Source: Candidatus Woesebacteria bacterium
GTDB lineage: Bacteria; Patescibacteriota; Microgenomatia; UBA8517
Assembly: GCA_016432525.1 (NCBI GenBank)
Contig: CP066693.1
Coordinates: 721,639-785,638 of the forward strand
Direction of reading: 5' to 3'
DNA: 64,000 nt
Positions 10,035-19,611 of the stretch are shown here, piece after piece. The notes below the pieces were generated by a model. That model saw only the letters and a list, made by a program, of their open reading frames with translations. It was not told the origin of the DNA and ran no database searches. How positions within the stretch are numbered: position 1 is the first letter of the stretch; every line of letters starts with the position of its first letter. Position numbers and translations under genes: made by a program.

Positions 10035-10057
10035 CTTCTCTGGTAAAATAGGTGGCT

Positions 10058-10216
10058 ATGGCACCAGTTCCAAAGAAAAAACATACAAGATCAAGGTCGG
10101 GAAAAAGAAGGGCCCATATAAAGCTCTCTCTTCCAACTTTAGTAAAATGCAATAATTGCGGGAAACTCAAGTTTCCCCATAAAGTATGCCCACACTGTGG
10201 GAAGTACTCAAAATAA
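10058..10216 (+). CDS. rpmF: 50S ribosomal protein L32
   Basis: 52 aa, MAPVPKKKHTRSRSGKRRAHIKL...CNNCGKLKFPHKVCPHCGKY with CxxC...CxxC zinc ribbon. Below the ORF-track threshold. Stop overlaps the nusB start (TAATG). Confidence 0.85.
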   Translation: MAPVPKKKHTRSRSGKRRAHIKLSLPTLVKCNNCGKLKFPHKVCPHCGKYSK

Positions 10217-10590
10217 TGAAGTCCAAGTTCGATCCAAGACATCAAAAAAGACGTGATATTATAAAAGAGCTCTTCGCGTACTCCTTCGTAAGTCAAGATA
10301 TCTCAAAAGAATCTAAAGATGTTTTAGACAAAGTAGAAGAAATCGACAAAAAAATTAACGACGCAGCAAGCCAATGGCCGATCGATAAACTAAACAAATC
10401 AGATTTGGCAATTCTCCGCTTGGCAGTTTACGAACTTTTTAATACAGATACTCCACCAAAAGTTGTAATCGACGAAGCAGTAGAACTTGCCAAGGAATAT
10501 GGTTCAGAATCATCTCCGTCTTTTGTAAACGGAGTTTTAGGCCATATTTTAAATGAAAAGGAGGGAACAAATGAACCTGACAAAAATTAG
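10216..10590 (+). CDS. nusB: Transcription antitermination factor NusB
   Basis: Internal Met of the track ORF 10186-10590. DPRHQKRR, LRLAVYEL, VVIDEAVELAKEYG. Confidence 0.85.
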   Translation: MKSKFDPRHQKRRDIIKELFAYSFVSQDISKESKDVLDKVEEIDKKINDAASQWPIDKLNKSDLAILRLAVYELFNTDTPPKVVIDEAVELAKEYGSESSPSFVNGVLGHILNEKEGTNEPDKN

Positions 10591-11233
10591 AGAAAAATTT
10601 AAAAACAAAGATCTTTTTGATCAAGCTCTAACACACAAATCTTGGGTTAACGAAAATAAAAATATTAGAGAAACTTATGAAAGATTGGAGTTTCTTGGAG
10701 ATGCGGTTTTGGAATTCATTGTATCTGATTATATTTTCAAAAACTTTCCCGATAAAGAAGAGGGTTACTTAACGGCTTTAAGAGCAAATTTGGTAAATAC
10801 TCAAAATCTTGCGAGCGTAGCAATAAATCTAAATCTGGGAAGAGAAATTTTTCTTTCAAAAGGAGAAGACGAAGGTGGGGGGAGAAATAACAAATCTCTT
10901 CTAGCGGATACCGTTGAGGCAATAATTGGAGCTATTTTTTTGGATTTGGGCTTTAAAAGCGCTCAAGACTTCATAAACGAAAATATCCTAAAAGATGCCG
11001 AAAGCAAATCACGAGAATCTTTAAAAGACTCCAAGAGCCTTCTTCAAGAAAAACTTCAAGCTATGGGAATTGGTACACCAAAATATAAAGTAATAGAAGA
11101 ATCAGGTCCAGATCATGACAAAAAATTTGTTGTAGAGGTAAGTGTTGGAAATAAATCTTTAGCAAAAGGCATAGGTAAAAGCAAAAGCACAGGCGAACAA
11201 GAAGCCGCAAAAGTTGCTTTACAAGGGCTTTAA
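10553..11233 (+). CDS. rnc: Ribonuclease III
   Basis: RNase III signature ERLEFLGDAVLE and C-terminal dsRBD. Start may instead be the Met at 10571. Confidence 0.9.
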   Translation: MKRREQMNLTKIREKFKNKDLFDQALTHKSWVNENKNIRETYERLEFLGDAVLEFIVSDYIFKNFPDKEEGYLTALRANLVNTQNLASVAINLNLGREIFLSKGEDEGGGRNNKSLLADTVEAIIGAIFLDLGFKSAQDFINENILKDAESKSRESLKDSKSLLQEKLQAMGIGTPKYKVIEESGPDHDKKFVVEVSVGNKSLAKGIGKSKSTGEQEAAKVALQGL

Positions 11234-11251
11234 GGATAAAATATATCTCTC

Positions 11252-11470
11252 ATGGTAAAAATTAGATTAATGCGACTAGGTAAAAAGAATGATCCTTTTT
11301 ATCGAATTGTTGCAACAGATTCACAAAACAAAAGGGGTGGAAAATTCATAAAAATTTTAGGTTTCTACTCTCCTCGCGAAAAAGTCAAAAATCTCAAAAA
11401 GAAAGAAATTGAGAAATTTGTTTCTCTCGGAGCAGTTCTATCTCCTGCAGTTCAAAATTTAATGAAATGA
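11252..11470 (+). CDS. rpsP: 30S ribosomal protein S16
   Basis: [20 protein letters not shown], the canonical bS16 N-terminus. Confidence 0.9.
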   Translation: MVKIRLMRLGKKNDPFYRIVATDSQNKRGGKFIKILGFYSPREKVKNLKKKEIEKFVSLGAVLSPAVQNLMK

Positions 11471-11700
11471 AAAAACTTTTAGAGTTTCTAATAGAGAATG
11501 TAACAGGATCAAAAAATTTTAACGTTGAAGAAATTTCAGAAGATGATGGCGTAGTAAAATTCGAAGTTAAAATTGACCCGCAAGTTATAGGACTTATAAT
11601 AGGAAAGGGTGGCAAAACAATTAAAAATATTAGAAGAATACTCTCTATTAAGGCAGTAACAGAAAAGAAAAATGTGAGAATTGAGGTCAATCCTCTTTAA
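11467..11700 (+). CDS. KH-domain RNA-binding protein (YlqC/UPF0109-like)
   Basis: [24 protein letters not shown] motif. Conserved position after rpsP. Confidence 0.75.
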   Translation: MKKLLEFLIENVTGSKNFNVEEISEDDGVVKFEVKIDPQVIGLIIGKGGKTIKNIRRILSIKAVTEKKNVRIEVNPL

Positions 11701-11703
11701 TTC

Positions 11704-12366
11704 TTAAGGCGCAAATGGGTTTGCGCGCGCTCCAGATGCACTTGCTGGTGGTAACTCTACAAATTGAGGCTTATCAAAAGAGGAAATTTGAGAAAGTGTT
11801 GCACTCTCAGAAGAAGATAAAGCTGTAATGGTCTCAGTAAGAGCTGGTATTTTCTCAGGAAACGACGCCCAGTATGAAGAAATATCAATTGTAGCTCTAA
11901 ATTCAGTTGCCAAAGGATCTATTGTAACTTTATCAACAATAGTCAAAGGAAAAGATCTTCTTACTTTCTCAAGTAAAGAAATCGTTCCTTGATATGGACC
12001 AGTTACGTTAAGCTCAACTGTACTTTTCAAAAGGTCTCGAGATTTTGTGCCAATATCAGTAGTTCTAATGTTGGTTACTTTCAAATTCAAATCCTGGCTA
12101 TAACGCTTAATCTGAGAAACAACATAAACCATGGGATTGTCTGCAGGAAGAGCAAGGGTAACTATTTCCCCGGAAGCAAGTATATCTTTGCTCGCAGCTT
12201 GTAAAATACTTATTTTTTCCTGCAATTTCTTTTGCTCAGAGTTTGATGCATCAATTTGAGAAGTAAGTGAGGAAATTCTGCCACTGAAAAAATTAAAGGC
12301 AAAAAAAGATACTCCTAAAAAAAGAATAATAATTAAAATCGAAACTAAAATAGACTGATTTTTCAT
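11704..12366 (-). CDS. pilO: Type IV pilus assembly protein PilO-like
   Basis: Single N-terminal TM, coiled coil, then periplasmic domain. Immediately downstream of pilM-pilN with overlapping stops and starts. Confidence 0.6.
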   Translation of the reverse strand: MKNQSILVSILIIILFLGVSFFAFNFFSGRISSLTSQIDASNSEQKKLQEKISILQAASKDILASGEIVTLALPADNPMVYVVSQIKRYSQDLNLKVTNIRTTDIGTKSRDLLKSTVELNVTGPYQGTISLLEKVRRSFPLTIVDKVTIDPLATEFRATIDISSYWASFPEKIPALTETITALSSSESATLSQISSFDKPQFVELPPASASGARANPFAP

Positions 12367-12896
12367 TAAAATAATTGTAAATCAACTAAATATCCCAAAT
12401 CGGCATTGTATCCCAAATTTTTCAAAAGTACCTGGGTGTAAGCTGAAGAACCATTGGCCAAAAAATTCAAAAATTGATCAATTATTTTTGAATTTGAAGC
12501 CCCTAACGTCAATGTCGTTGCTGGCCCACTAATTTTTACCGATTTAAAGGCTAAGTCCGATGACATACTCGATACTGTTTGATCAAGGTGACCAATTGAT
12601 TCCTCCGAAGTTTTATCTCCCAAAACCGTCTCGATCTTAGAAATTCTATCTTTAACCAAAAAAAGTCTTTGCTCTGTTTGGTTTAATTTCTGTATCTGAG
12701 AGGTCAACTCATTATTTTTTTTGTTGATATTGTCAAGGTTTCTAGTCTGAATAATGACAAAAACCACCCCAAAAGCCACACTTATAAAAAGAATAACTAC
12801 TAAAATTATGGAAACTCTTTTAAAAAGCATCGATACAAATCCAACCCCGCTGGATTTATTCAAATCATTTGGCAGTAAATTTATATTATTAGTCAT
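12366..12896 (-). CDS. pilN: Type IV pilus assembly protein PilN
   Basis: N-terminal INLLP motif, one TM, coiled coil. Overlaps pilM. Confidence 0.7.
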   Translation of the reverse strand: MTNNINLLPNDLNKSSGVGFVSMLFKRVSIILVVILFISVAFGVVFVIIQTRNLDNINKKNNELTSQIQKLNQTEQRLFLVKDRISKIETVLGDKTSEESIGHLDQTVSSMSSDLAFKSVKISGPATTLTLGASNSKIIDQFLNFLANGSSAYTQVLLKNLGYNADLGYLVDLQLF

Positions 12897-13905
12897 TTCT
12901 TAAGGCAAGTCCAACAGCAACCGAATATAACGGGGAATACGATTCAAGATCTGCCACAATCTTGGGATCCACAGCTATCTTAGAAAACGGATTTCCAATT
13001 AAAACTTCCATTCCCAAAAGCCTTGTCATTGTCGGAACTATTCCGGGAAGCCCCGACGTTCCTCCAGATAAAATAAGAATAGATGGAACATCAGCACTTT
13101 CATCATTTTGATAAAAATGAACCGCTTTCTTTACTTCCTCTGAAACTATCCTAAAAATTGGCCCCAACGCCCCGCCAATTTTAACCCCAACCTGATCATT
13201 ATCCATTCCATATGCTCTTTTGTATTCATCAGCTTGGGACTCAGAAACTCCCAGAGATTGAGCAACAGCCCTTGTAAATGCATCTCCGGCAGTTGGAATT
13301 GAGCGCGAAAGTAAAAGTTGTCCATTCTTTGAAATAGCCAAATTTGTCGATTTGGCACCAAAATCCATCAAAACAGCCGTTTGGTTTACAGGCGCCAACG
13401 CTCGAACCAAAGAAAGAAGTGACGTTTCAACTCCAACAACAGTTAAACCCGCAATTTCTACTAATTTAACGTATTTTTCTACAATATTACGAGGAGAAGC
13501 AATCAAAAGAACAACAACCTCGGGTGGACTTGCAGATTCCTTTTTTTCAACAATCTGGTAGGATATAACAGCTTCTTTCGGAGGAATTGGAATATATTCC
13601 TCAGCTTCCCATCTTATTGCTGATGCAACTTCCTGATCCGATAGCATAGGAAACCGTACTATTCTCGAAAACACTGCCGATTCAGGAAGTGAAATAGCAA
13701 CCTTATTAGAAGAAACTTTTGCATCATTCCAGAGTTTCTTAATAACTCCAGCTATATTTGCAAAATCCGCATCTTCCTGCATTTTGTCTATATCAGCACT
13801 GGCATGCCCTACGATAGAAGCAGTTTTAAGACTAATAATGTTGCGCTCGTTAGAAAGCTCAACAACTTTTATCGTTTTGGAACCAATATCAAGTCCTACG
13901 CTCAT
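12889..13905 (-). CDS. pilM: Type IV pilus assembly protein PilM (actin-like ATPase fold)
   Basis: 338 aa, N-terminus MSVGLDIGSKTIKVVEL. Confidence 0.85.
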   Translation of the reverse strand: MSVGLDIGSKTIKVVELSNERNIISLKTASIVGHASADIDKMQEDADFANIAGVIKKLWNDAKVSSNKVAISLPESAVFSRIVRFPMLSDQEVASAIRWEAEEYIPIPPKEAVISYQIVEKKESASPPEVVVLLIASPRNIVEKYVKLVEIAGLTVVGVETSLLSLVRALAPVNQTAVLMDFGAKSTNLAISKNGQLLLSRSIPTAGDAFTRAVAQSLGVSESQADEYKRAYGMDNDQVGVKIGGALGPIFRIVSEEVKKAVHFYQNDESADVPSILILSGGTSGLPGIVPTMTRLLGMEVLIGNPFSKIAVDPKIVADLESYSPLYSVAVGLALRND

Positions 13906-14786
13906 TTTGTTATATTCCCAGGAGTAAATATAGCAGAATCAAATACAGGAGGTATATCTGGAAACACTGTAAAAACTTGGACCTTTCTGGTTGCTTGGCC
14001 TGATGCCCCCGATGAATCTATTTGCCTTCCTTGAGATGGCAATTGTCCTCCTGTTACTTCAAAAGCAACAGGTTGAGTCACGCTATTATATAAAAGCTTA
14101 ACTCGCGCAAATTGAAGTCCATTAGTAGTCGTAAAAACAGCAGGCGGAACCCCTAAACCATTGAAATTGAATCTTTTTTGAAATCCGAAATCTTGACCAC
14201 TGATTGTACAATTTCCATTGTCAGGCGCAGAAAATGAATTAGACATTCGTCTCGAAGAATTAGGATCAACAGCCGCTCTAACTACAGTTGCAGTTGTACT
14301 ATCTCCCGGAGTCTTTGAATAAAAAAGAGACATCTCTATGGCAGGAGTATCTGATTGGTTAGAATTACTTCCTGGTTTGCCCCAACAAATTCGAATGCCA
14401 CTTCCCGTAAAACAGGGTAAGCCATTACAAGAAAGATTATCATTATTATTTGCGTCATGTGACACAAACCAAACTGGAGCAACATCTCCGTTTAATATCT
14501 CTGATGGATAAACAAAACTTGTCGAACTTTCTGCAAAATTTGAGACACTAGCATTAAAAGATGTTCCACTCGAGTCAAGATTTTGCGAAAGTATTGGAGC
14601 CGGATTAAGAAGTGCTTTCTCAACTCCAGCCTCAGCTGCAGAAAATGCTCTTTGAGATTCAACTTCACGAGAAGATATTGAAACATCTGTAACAGATCTA
14701 GAAACAATCGATGCTCCCACTGTAATAATTGCAGCCATTACAAGTAGTATTAAAAGAAGAGCTTGTCCAGAATTATTTTTATTCAT
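13902..14786 (-). CDS. PilX-N-like minor pilin or pilus-tip protein
   Basis: N-terminus SGQALLLILLVMAAIITV resembles the PilX N-terminal domain. Ser/Thr/Asn-rich mature region. Confidence 0.45.
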   Translation of the reverse strand: MNKNNSGQALLLILLVMAAIITVGASIVSRSVTDVSISSREVESQRAFSAAEAGVEKALLNPAPILSQNLDSSGTSFNASVSNFAESSTSFVYPSEILNGDVAPVWFVSHDANNNDNLSCNGLPCFTGSGIRICWGKPGSNSNQSDTPAIEMSLFYSKTPGDSTTATVVRAAVDPNSSRRMSNSFSAPDNGNCTISGQDFGFQKRFNFNGLGVPPAVFTTTNGLQFARVKLLYNSVTQPVAFEVTGGQLPSQGRQIDSSGASGQATRKVQVFTVFPDIPPVFDSAIFTPGNITK

Positions 14787-14821
14787 ACTTAATTCATCTT
14801 AGCAATAAGAAAAGAGCCAGG

Positions 14822-15322
14822 TCAATATGTCCTCAAAAGTACACGAGTAGAAACATCATAAGATCCAGATTCTGCGTTTGTAACTCCAGCATTTTTTCCG
14901 GTTAAGTTTATAACAACATAGGGTGGAACGTTATTGCTTCCAGCTCCACATTGAAAAGAGCAAGAACTTATAACTATCGAATCATTTGTAAGCCTAGCAG
15001 AGGAAGAAGCAACATATCCATTGACACCAATATTTTGACAGGAAAATGAAGCTGTCAAACCATTTTGATCCATATAATCAATTCTGCTTGTATCAGAGTT
15101 GGGACATATTGTAGTTAGAGAGTCTGCGTTTCTCAAATTCCTACTAATAACTCCCATTGCAAAATCCAAACTCTCTCTCACTTTGGTAGTATTATCTGTC
15201 TTTTTCATACCACGAATAGTAAGAGTGAGGGATTGAGTTGCAATAATAGATAAGACAGCAAAAAGTGCTATCACAACTAGTATTTCAATTAGAGAAAATC
15301 CTTTTTTCATCTTGCTTTCCAA
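14822..15322 (-). CDS. Prepilin-type N-terminal cleavage/methylation domain protein (minor pilin)
   Basis: KKGFSLIEILVVIALFAVL class III signal peptide. Confidence 0.6.
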   Translation of the reverse strand: MESKMKKGFSLIEILVVIALFAVLSIIATQSLTLTIRGMKKTDNTTKVRESLDFAMGVISRNLRNADSLTTICPNSDTSRIDYMDQNGLTASFSCQNIGVNGYVASSSARLTNDSIVISSCSFQCGAGSNNVPPYVVINLTGKNAGVTNAESGSYDVSTRVLLRTY

Positions 15323-15765
15323 TTTGTAAAAATATTAGACGTAGTAACAACATGTAGCCCTAGAGTATCGTTCCACGATGTTGTTACATCAACACTAATA
15401 CTGTTTGGATCAACTAAAGGGTTATAGCTAAAAACAGCATATCTTGTAAAGATTGTACCTTGCACTTTATCTGACGACCCACAATTGCCCGAATGAGATC
15501 TTCCACTATTCCACGAAATTGAAGGAAAGCACCAAGTGCCAGCTGAGGCACTATTTGAAAAAAAATTCCAATCACGATCGCGCTCTGCTCTTAGCCATTC
15601 ATTCAATTCCTCAGTGTATTTAGATGCAGAATTCTTGTTTTTAGCAAAAGTTGAATTAGAAACCGAAATTGTAGCCAAATTCAGAAGTGAAATTAATACA
15701 ACAGAAACAATAACTACAGCTATAACTATTTCAAAAAGCGATTGTCCTTTCTGTGCTTTTTTCAT
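15307..15765 (-). CDS. Pilin-like protein (divergent prepilin N-terminus)
   Basis: KGQSLFEIVIAVVIV, with Glu at +5 and a hydrophobic helix. Confidence 0.45.
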   Translation of the reverse strand: MKKAQKGQSLFEIVIAVVIVSVVLISLLNLATISVSNSTFAKNKNSASKYTEELNEWLRAERDRDWNFFSNSASAGTWCFPSISWNSGRSHSGNCGSSDKVQGTIFTRYAVFSYNPLVDPNSISVDVTTSWNDTLGLHVVTTSNIFTNWKAR

Positions 15766-16244
15766 TTTATTTCCCCAGTATCAGAAACAGTAATTGTTCT
15801 TGTGATAGCTCCTGTTGGATCAGTTAAAACAAGATTTACAACCTGGCCAGTTGCAAGACTCGTTCCTTGTAAAAGAGATTTAAAAGTAAAAGTTGAGACA
15901 CTTCCTAAAGTAATTCCACTAGAAAGATTAACTTGATTTACATTAACCGGGCTGCTTCCACTACAAAGAGCAGATATTGTATAACTGCTGCATTTACCAG
16001 ATGAGCAACTAGATACACCAAAACTATAGCCATTCAAAACCCCGATACAACCGGCCGGTTTTCTCCCGGCTGAGCTATCTTTTTGAGCAAATCTTAAATC
16101 AGACAATAAATTACGATATGAATTTTCGACACCTTGTCTTCTTGTAAAATCCCGAAAAGAGGCATAGCCTAGTCCCGAAAAAACAATACCAAGTACAGCA
16201 ATTCCTACTAAAATCTCTATAAGAGTAGCGCCTTTTCTTTCCAT
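15762..16244 (-). CDS. Prepilin-type minor pilin
   Basis: KGATLIEILVGIAVLGIV. Confidence 0.6.
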   Translation of the reverse strand: MERKGATLIEILVGIAVLGIVFSGLGYASFRDFTRRQGVENSYRNLLSDLRFAQKDSSAGRKPAGCIGVLNGYSFGVSSCSSGKCSSYTISALCSGSSPVNVNQVNLSSGITLGSVSTFTFKSLLQGTSLATGQVVNLVLTDPTGAITRTITVSDTGEIK

Positions 16245-16245
16245 T

Positions 16246-16695
16246 TTATGGGCCAGTTACTTTATAATTACACGCACCAGTAGAACCACAGCTTCCACAT
16301 CCACTGACATCCATAGCTGGATTTGGAGCTTGTTCTAAAGCAGAACAAATCATATAAGTCGTTCCTGTTGTTGAATAAAAATAAGACTTATTAGGGCTTT
16401 GTGGATCTCCTGGCATTTTTGATATATAAACATTACTAGAAGGACAATTAGATGGACTGTTACTTCCAACCAAAGAAGAGCCTGCCGCAGGAAGGGGAGA
16501 TGAGGGGTAAACATTGCAATCAGCTCTATAAAGTTCAATTCCAGATCTTACCACTTCAATGTCAGATTTGCGTCTAGTATCCCTGGCTGAAATTCTAGCA
16601 GAGTTTAGTGCAAAAAGAGATAAGGACAATAAGATCCCCATTACCGCAATAGCAACTAAAAGCTCGATGAGGGTAAAGCCCTTATTCTTGTTCAT
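16246..16695 (-). CDS. Type IV pilin-like protein
   Basis: KGFTLIELLVAIAVMGILL. Cys-rich C-terminus. Confidence 0.65.
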   Translation of the reverse strand: MNKNKGFTLIELLVAIAVMGILLSLSLFALNSARISARDTRRKSDIEVVRSGIELYRADCNVYPSSPLPAAGSSLVGSNSPSNCPSSNVYISKMPGDPQSPNKSYFYSTTGTTYMICSALEQAPNPAMDVSGCGSCGSTGACNYKVTGP

Positions 16696-16698
16696 ATT

Positions 16699-17184
16699 TC
16701 ATGGTAACAAGTTTGACGGACAAACGCCATTAGGAAACCACTCTGGAGGTAAAACTCTACCAGTTCTTCCATCAGAGCAGGCAACCCAAAGATATGTCTG
16801 TCCATTAAATTTCTCTTCCAAGGTGGCAGAAAGAACCCAGGTTGTAGCATTAGCAGTTCCATCAGGGCCTCCATTACTCATGTAATGATAGTGAGGATTA
16901 GCAGGTGTATTAAACAAAGGATCATTCTCGCATGCTGGCTCATTAAGAATACTAGCTCCACACATTAGATTTACATTATGATTAGCAAGAAATGCGGGGT
17001 AATATCCACTATGATCATTGGCATAATTTTCGAGTGCAACCTGGTAAACTCTCAAATCATTCTTTCTAATATCATCGCGCGATCTGGAAAGATATTTTGG
17101 GTAAACAAAAAAAACAACCCCCGACAGAATAACTATTATCGAAATAACTAACAAAACCTCCAATAAAGTAAAACCTTTTTTCAT
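16699..17184 (-). CDS. Type IV pilin-like protein (paralog A)
   Basis: KKGFTLLEVLLVISIIV. C-terminus EEKFNGQTYLWVACSDGRTGRVLP...NGVCP.NLL is shared with the next gene. Confidence 0.65.
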   Translation of the reverse strand: MKKGFTLLEVLLVISIIVILSGVVFFVYPKYLSRSRDDIRKNDLRVYQVALENYANDHSGYYPAFLANHNVNLMCGASILNEPACENDPLFNTPANPHYHYMSNGGPDGTANATTWVLSATLEEKFNGQTYLWVACSDGRTGRVLPPEWFPNGVCPSNLLP

Positions 17185-17187
17185 ATT

Positions 17188-17760
17188 TCACTGTAACAAG
17201 TTTGCCGGACAGACGCCATTAGCAAAGGATGTTGATGGTAAAACTCTACCAGTTCTTCCATCAGAGCAGGCAACCCAAAGATATGTCTGACCATTAAATT
17301 TCTCTTCCAAGGTGGCATATATTAACCATACTGTTGCAGTAGCACTTCCACTAGACCCACCATTACTTATATATTTATAGTTTGGGCCTACGTTAAACCA
17401 ATGAAAAATATTATTGAGCCAATCAAACAAACCAATTTGCCTAAGAAATTGTGCCCAACCTGGAAGCGAAGAAAAAGTTGATAATGGGTCATCAGTGCAG
17501 CTTGGCTCATTCAAAACTGAGGCTCCACACATCAGATCAATATCGGTACTAGAAGTAAATGCAGGATAATAACCTGCATTTCTGTTAGCATAATTTTCAA
17601 ATGCAACCTGGTAAACTCTCAAATCATGTCTTCTTACTGTGTCCCTAGACTTAGAAAGATATTTTGGGTAAACAAACAAAAAAGTTCCAGATAAAATCCC
17701 TATCATTCCAACAACAATTATTAGTTCAGCAATGCTAAATCCTGACTCTTTTCTCGTCAT
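17188..17760 (-). CDS. Type IV pilin-like protein (paralog B)
   Basis: SGFSIAELIIVVGMIG. Tandem duplicate of 16699-17184, with identical blocks YQVA.ENYAN, YYPAF and the C-terminal 40 aa. Confidence 0.65.
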   Translation of the reverse strand: MTRKESGFSIAELIIVVGMIGILSGTFLFVYPKYLSKSRDTVRRHDLRVYQVAFENYANRNAGYYPAFTSSTDIDLMCGASVLNEPSCTDDPLSTFSSLPGWAQFLRQIGLFDWLNNIFHWFNVGPNYKYISNGGSSGSATATVWLIYATLEEKFNGQTYLWVACSDGRTGRVLPSTSFANGVCPANLLQ

Positions 17761-18155
17761 TTAGTTATTTGATTAAAAGTAAGCATAAAATTACAATAAT
17801 AATTTCCACAAGGAAGTTTCATATTTTCAATTTTAGAATCATATTCAGCTTCATCTTTTCCTTCAAGTGCAGCATACACAGAAACTTTTCCATTTACATA
17901 TTGATAGTAATAACTTCGCCCACTTGTCGGATCCTTTAACATCTTATTTGCATACTGCTCGGGAGTTGGTATATATCCAAACTTAATTTGATATTTGGAA
18001 ATGTCATTTAATGTATCCCTAACATCCTGTTTTCTTTGAGAGTCTCTCTCTCGTCTCAAAGAAATTCTAAAATTAAAAAACATTAAAATTCCTAAAACAA
18101 AAAAAATTATGGAAACACCAATAAGTTCACTTTTTTTAAAGCCAAGGATAGACAT
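17757..18155 (-). CDS. Pseudopilin-like small protein
   Basis: GFKKSELIGVSIIFFVLGIL, with Glu at +5 and a TM helix. Confidence 0.4.
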   Translation of the reverse strand: MSILGFKKSELIGVSIIFFVLGILMFFNFRISLRRERDSQRKQDVRDTLNDISKYQIKFGYIPTPEQYANKMLKDPTSGRSYYYQYVNGKVSVYAALEGKDEAEYDSKIENMKLPCGNYYCNFMLTFNQITK

Positions 18156-18918
18156 ATCTCTTTAAGTTTACACCCAAAAAAAGGACAACCAAAAAACCAA
18201 TTATCAAAAAGGGTGCAAATGGCAATTTCTGTTTAAGTTTAGCCTTCTTTAATACAATTAAAATTGCTCCAAAAACTCCACCAATAAAGAAAGAAATAAA
18301 AAACCAAACGATAGTATTACTAAATCCAATTACCATTCCAATAAAAAGGGCCAGTTTGACATCTCCAAGTCCCATCCCACGACCCTTCGTTAATAAGTGC
18401 AAAACCAATAAAGATAATGCCGCCAAAGAACCAGACATTAAATAAGAAAAAATATCAGATCTTCCGGTTATCAAAAAACCAATAATCGTAAATAATACTC
18501 CAGCAAATACAATCTCATCTGGAATGATCTGATTTTCCAAATCGATAACAAAGATCGTGATTAAAAATGACTCAACAATAAACAAAAAAGGTAGTTGCAA
18601 AAAAAACAAAGAATTACTCCACTCAAGATTAACGGAAACTAAATTTATTCCTAAAGAAGTTATTAAAAATGTAAGTCCAGCAAAAAGTTCAATAAAGGGT
18701 TCTCTGTATGAAATTTTAACTTTGCAATTCCTGCATTTTCCAGAAAGCAAAATAAATGATAAGAGGGGAATATTATCATACCAGGAAATCTTTTTTTTAC
18801 ACTTTGGACAAAAAGATCTACCTTTGGATATGGGAATACCTCTCGGATATCGAAAGCTAAATGCCCCAATAAAAGACCCAATACAACATCCCAGTATAAA
18901 AACAATTAAGTAAAACAT
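18136..18918 (-). CDS. pilD: Prepilin peptidase (A24 family)
   Basis: CPKC...CRNC zinc-binding tetracysteine. Polytopic membrane protein. Positioned between the major pilin and the minor pilins. Confidence 0.85.
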   Translation of the reverse strand: MFYLIVFILGCCIGSFIGAFSFRYPRGIPISKGRSFCPKCKKKISWYDNIPLLSFILLSGKCRNCKVKISYREPFIELFAGLTFLITSLGINLVSVNLEWSNSLFFLQLPFLFIVESFLITIFVIDLENQIIPDEIVFAGVLFTIIGFLITGRSDIFSYLMSGSLAALSLLVLHLLTKGRGMGLGDVKLALFIGMVIGFSNTIVWFFISFFIGGVFGAILIVLKKAKLKQKLPFAPFLIIGFLVVLFLGVNLKRYVYPWL

Positions 18919-18999
18919 CTCAACAATATTTATGTCTTCTATATAAGTAAAAGCACTGTCTCCAAAAGACCAGTGCTTTTACTACCAAAACTCAACCTA

Positions 19000-19548
19000 C
19001 TACGGCAAGAATGTAGCTGGGTCAAACGCACTCGTTGGTTGACCTGCGCTACACGCAATTCCACCTCTTCCACCGGCTGTAGAATATACAGCCCAAGCAA
19101 CTGTGCCAGCTGCACACCTACTGTTTTGAGCCTGAGATTCCAAACTAGCAAAAACAACAGCAGGAGCAGCCCCAGCTGCACCAGAAGTATAACAAATTCC
19201 GCTCTGCACATTAGTGGTACAGTTTCCACCAAAGTTACCAGTCGTAACACTAAATGTAATAGTAGAGGGAGCAACCTGAATTTCTCCAGCATTTACTAAA
19301 GTTGTAATCCAAGTAGCATTCGGTGTTGGATAAACCCCATTTCTAGTAGTAGCGTAAGCCTCAATTGCATGTCCAAGTTGAGTTACTGCTGACTGTCTAC
19401 CAGCATCTCTTGTTCTAGCAAGTTGCTGAAGTGGGTTAAGAGCTAACAAAACAACCACAGCTAAGGTTCCTAAGATGGCAATAACTATCAAAAGCTCAAT
19501 AAGTGTAAAACCTTCTTTACGTAGAATACGATTATTATTGGCAGTCAT
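19000..19548 (-). CDS. pilA: Major type IV pilin
   Basis: KEGFTLIELLIVIAILGTLAVVVLLALNP canonical N-terminus. Gene is about 50% GC against about 33% background. Strong SD and consensus -35 upstream. Confidence 0.75.
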   Translation of the reverse strand: MTANNNRILRKEGFTLIELLIVIAILGTLAVVVLLALNPLQQLARTRDAGRQSAVTQLGHAIEAYATTRNGVYPTPNATWITTLVNAGEIQVAPSTITFSVTTGNFGGNCTTNVQSGICYTSGAAGAAPAVVFASLESQAQNSRCAAGTVAWAVYSTAGGRGGIACSAGQPTSAFDPATFLP

Positions 19549-19569
19549 AAATACTCACCTCCCCAAAAC

Positions 19570-19611
19570 CCTTACTTTTTAAGTATCATCCTTTTAAATA
19601 GATTGTGTCAA
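19570..19611 (-). promoter_or_regulatory. pilA promoter and RBS (TTGACA - 17 nt - TGATAC, GGGGAGGTGA SD)
   Basis: Read on the minus strand upstream of the pilA ATG. Confidence 0.4.

Noticed and set aside
13146-14034. Small ORFs 13146-13361, 13352-13561, 13804-14034
   Set aside because: Nested inside or antisense to pilM and the PilX-like gene.
18939-19299. ORFs 18939-19292 (-) and 18973-19299 (+) overlapping pilA
   Set aside because: Artefacts of the GC-rich pilA sequence. pilA has the real start signals and pilin motif.
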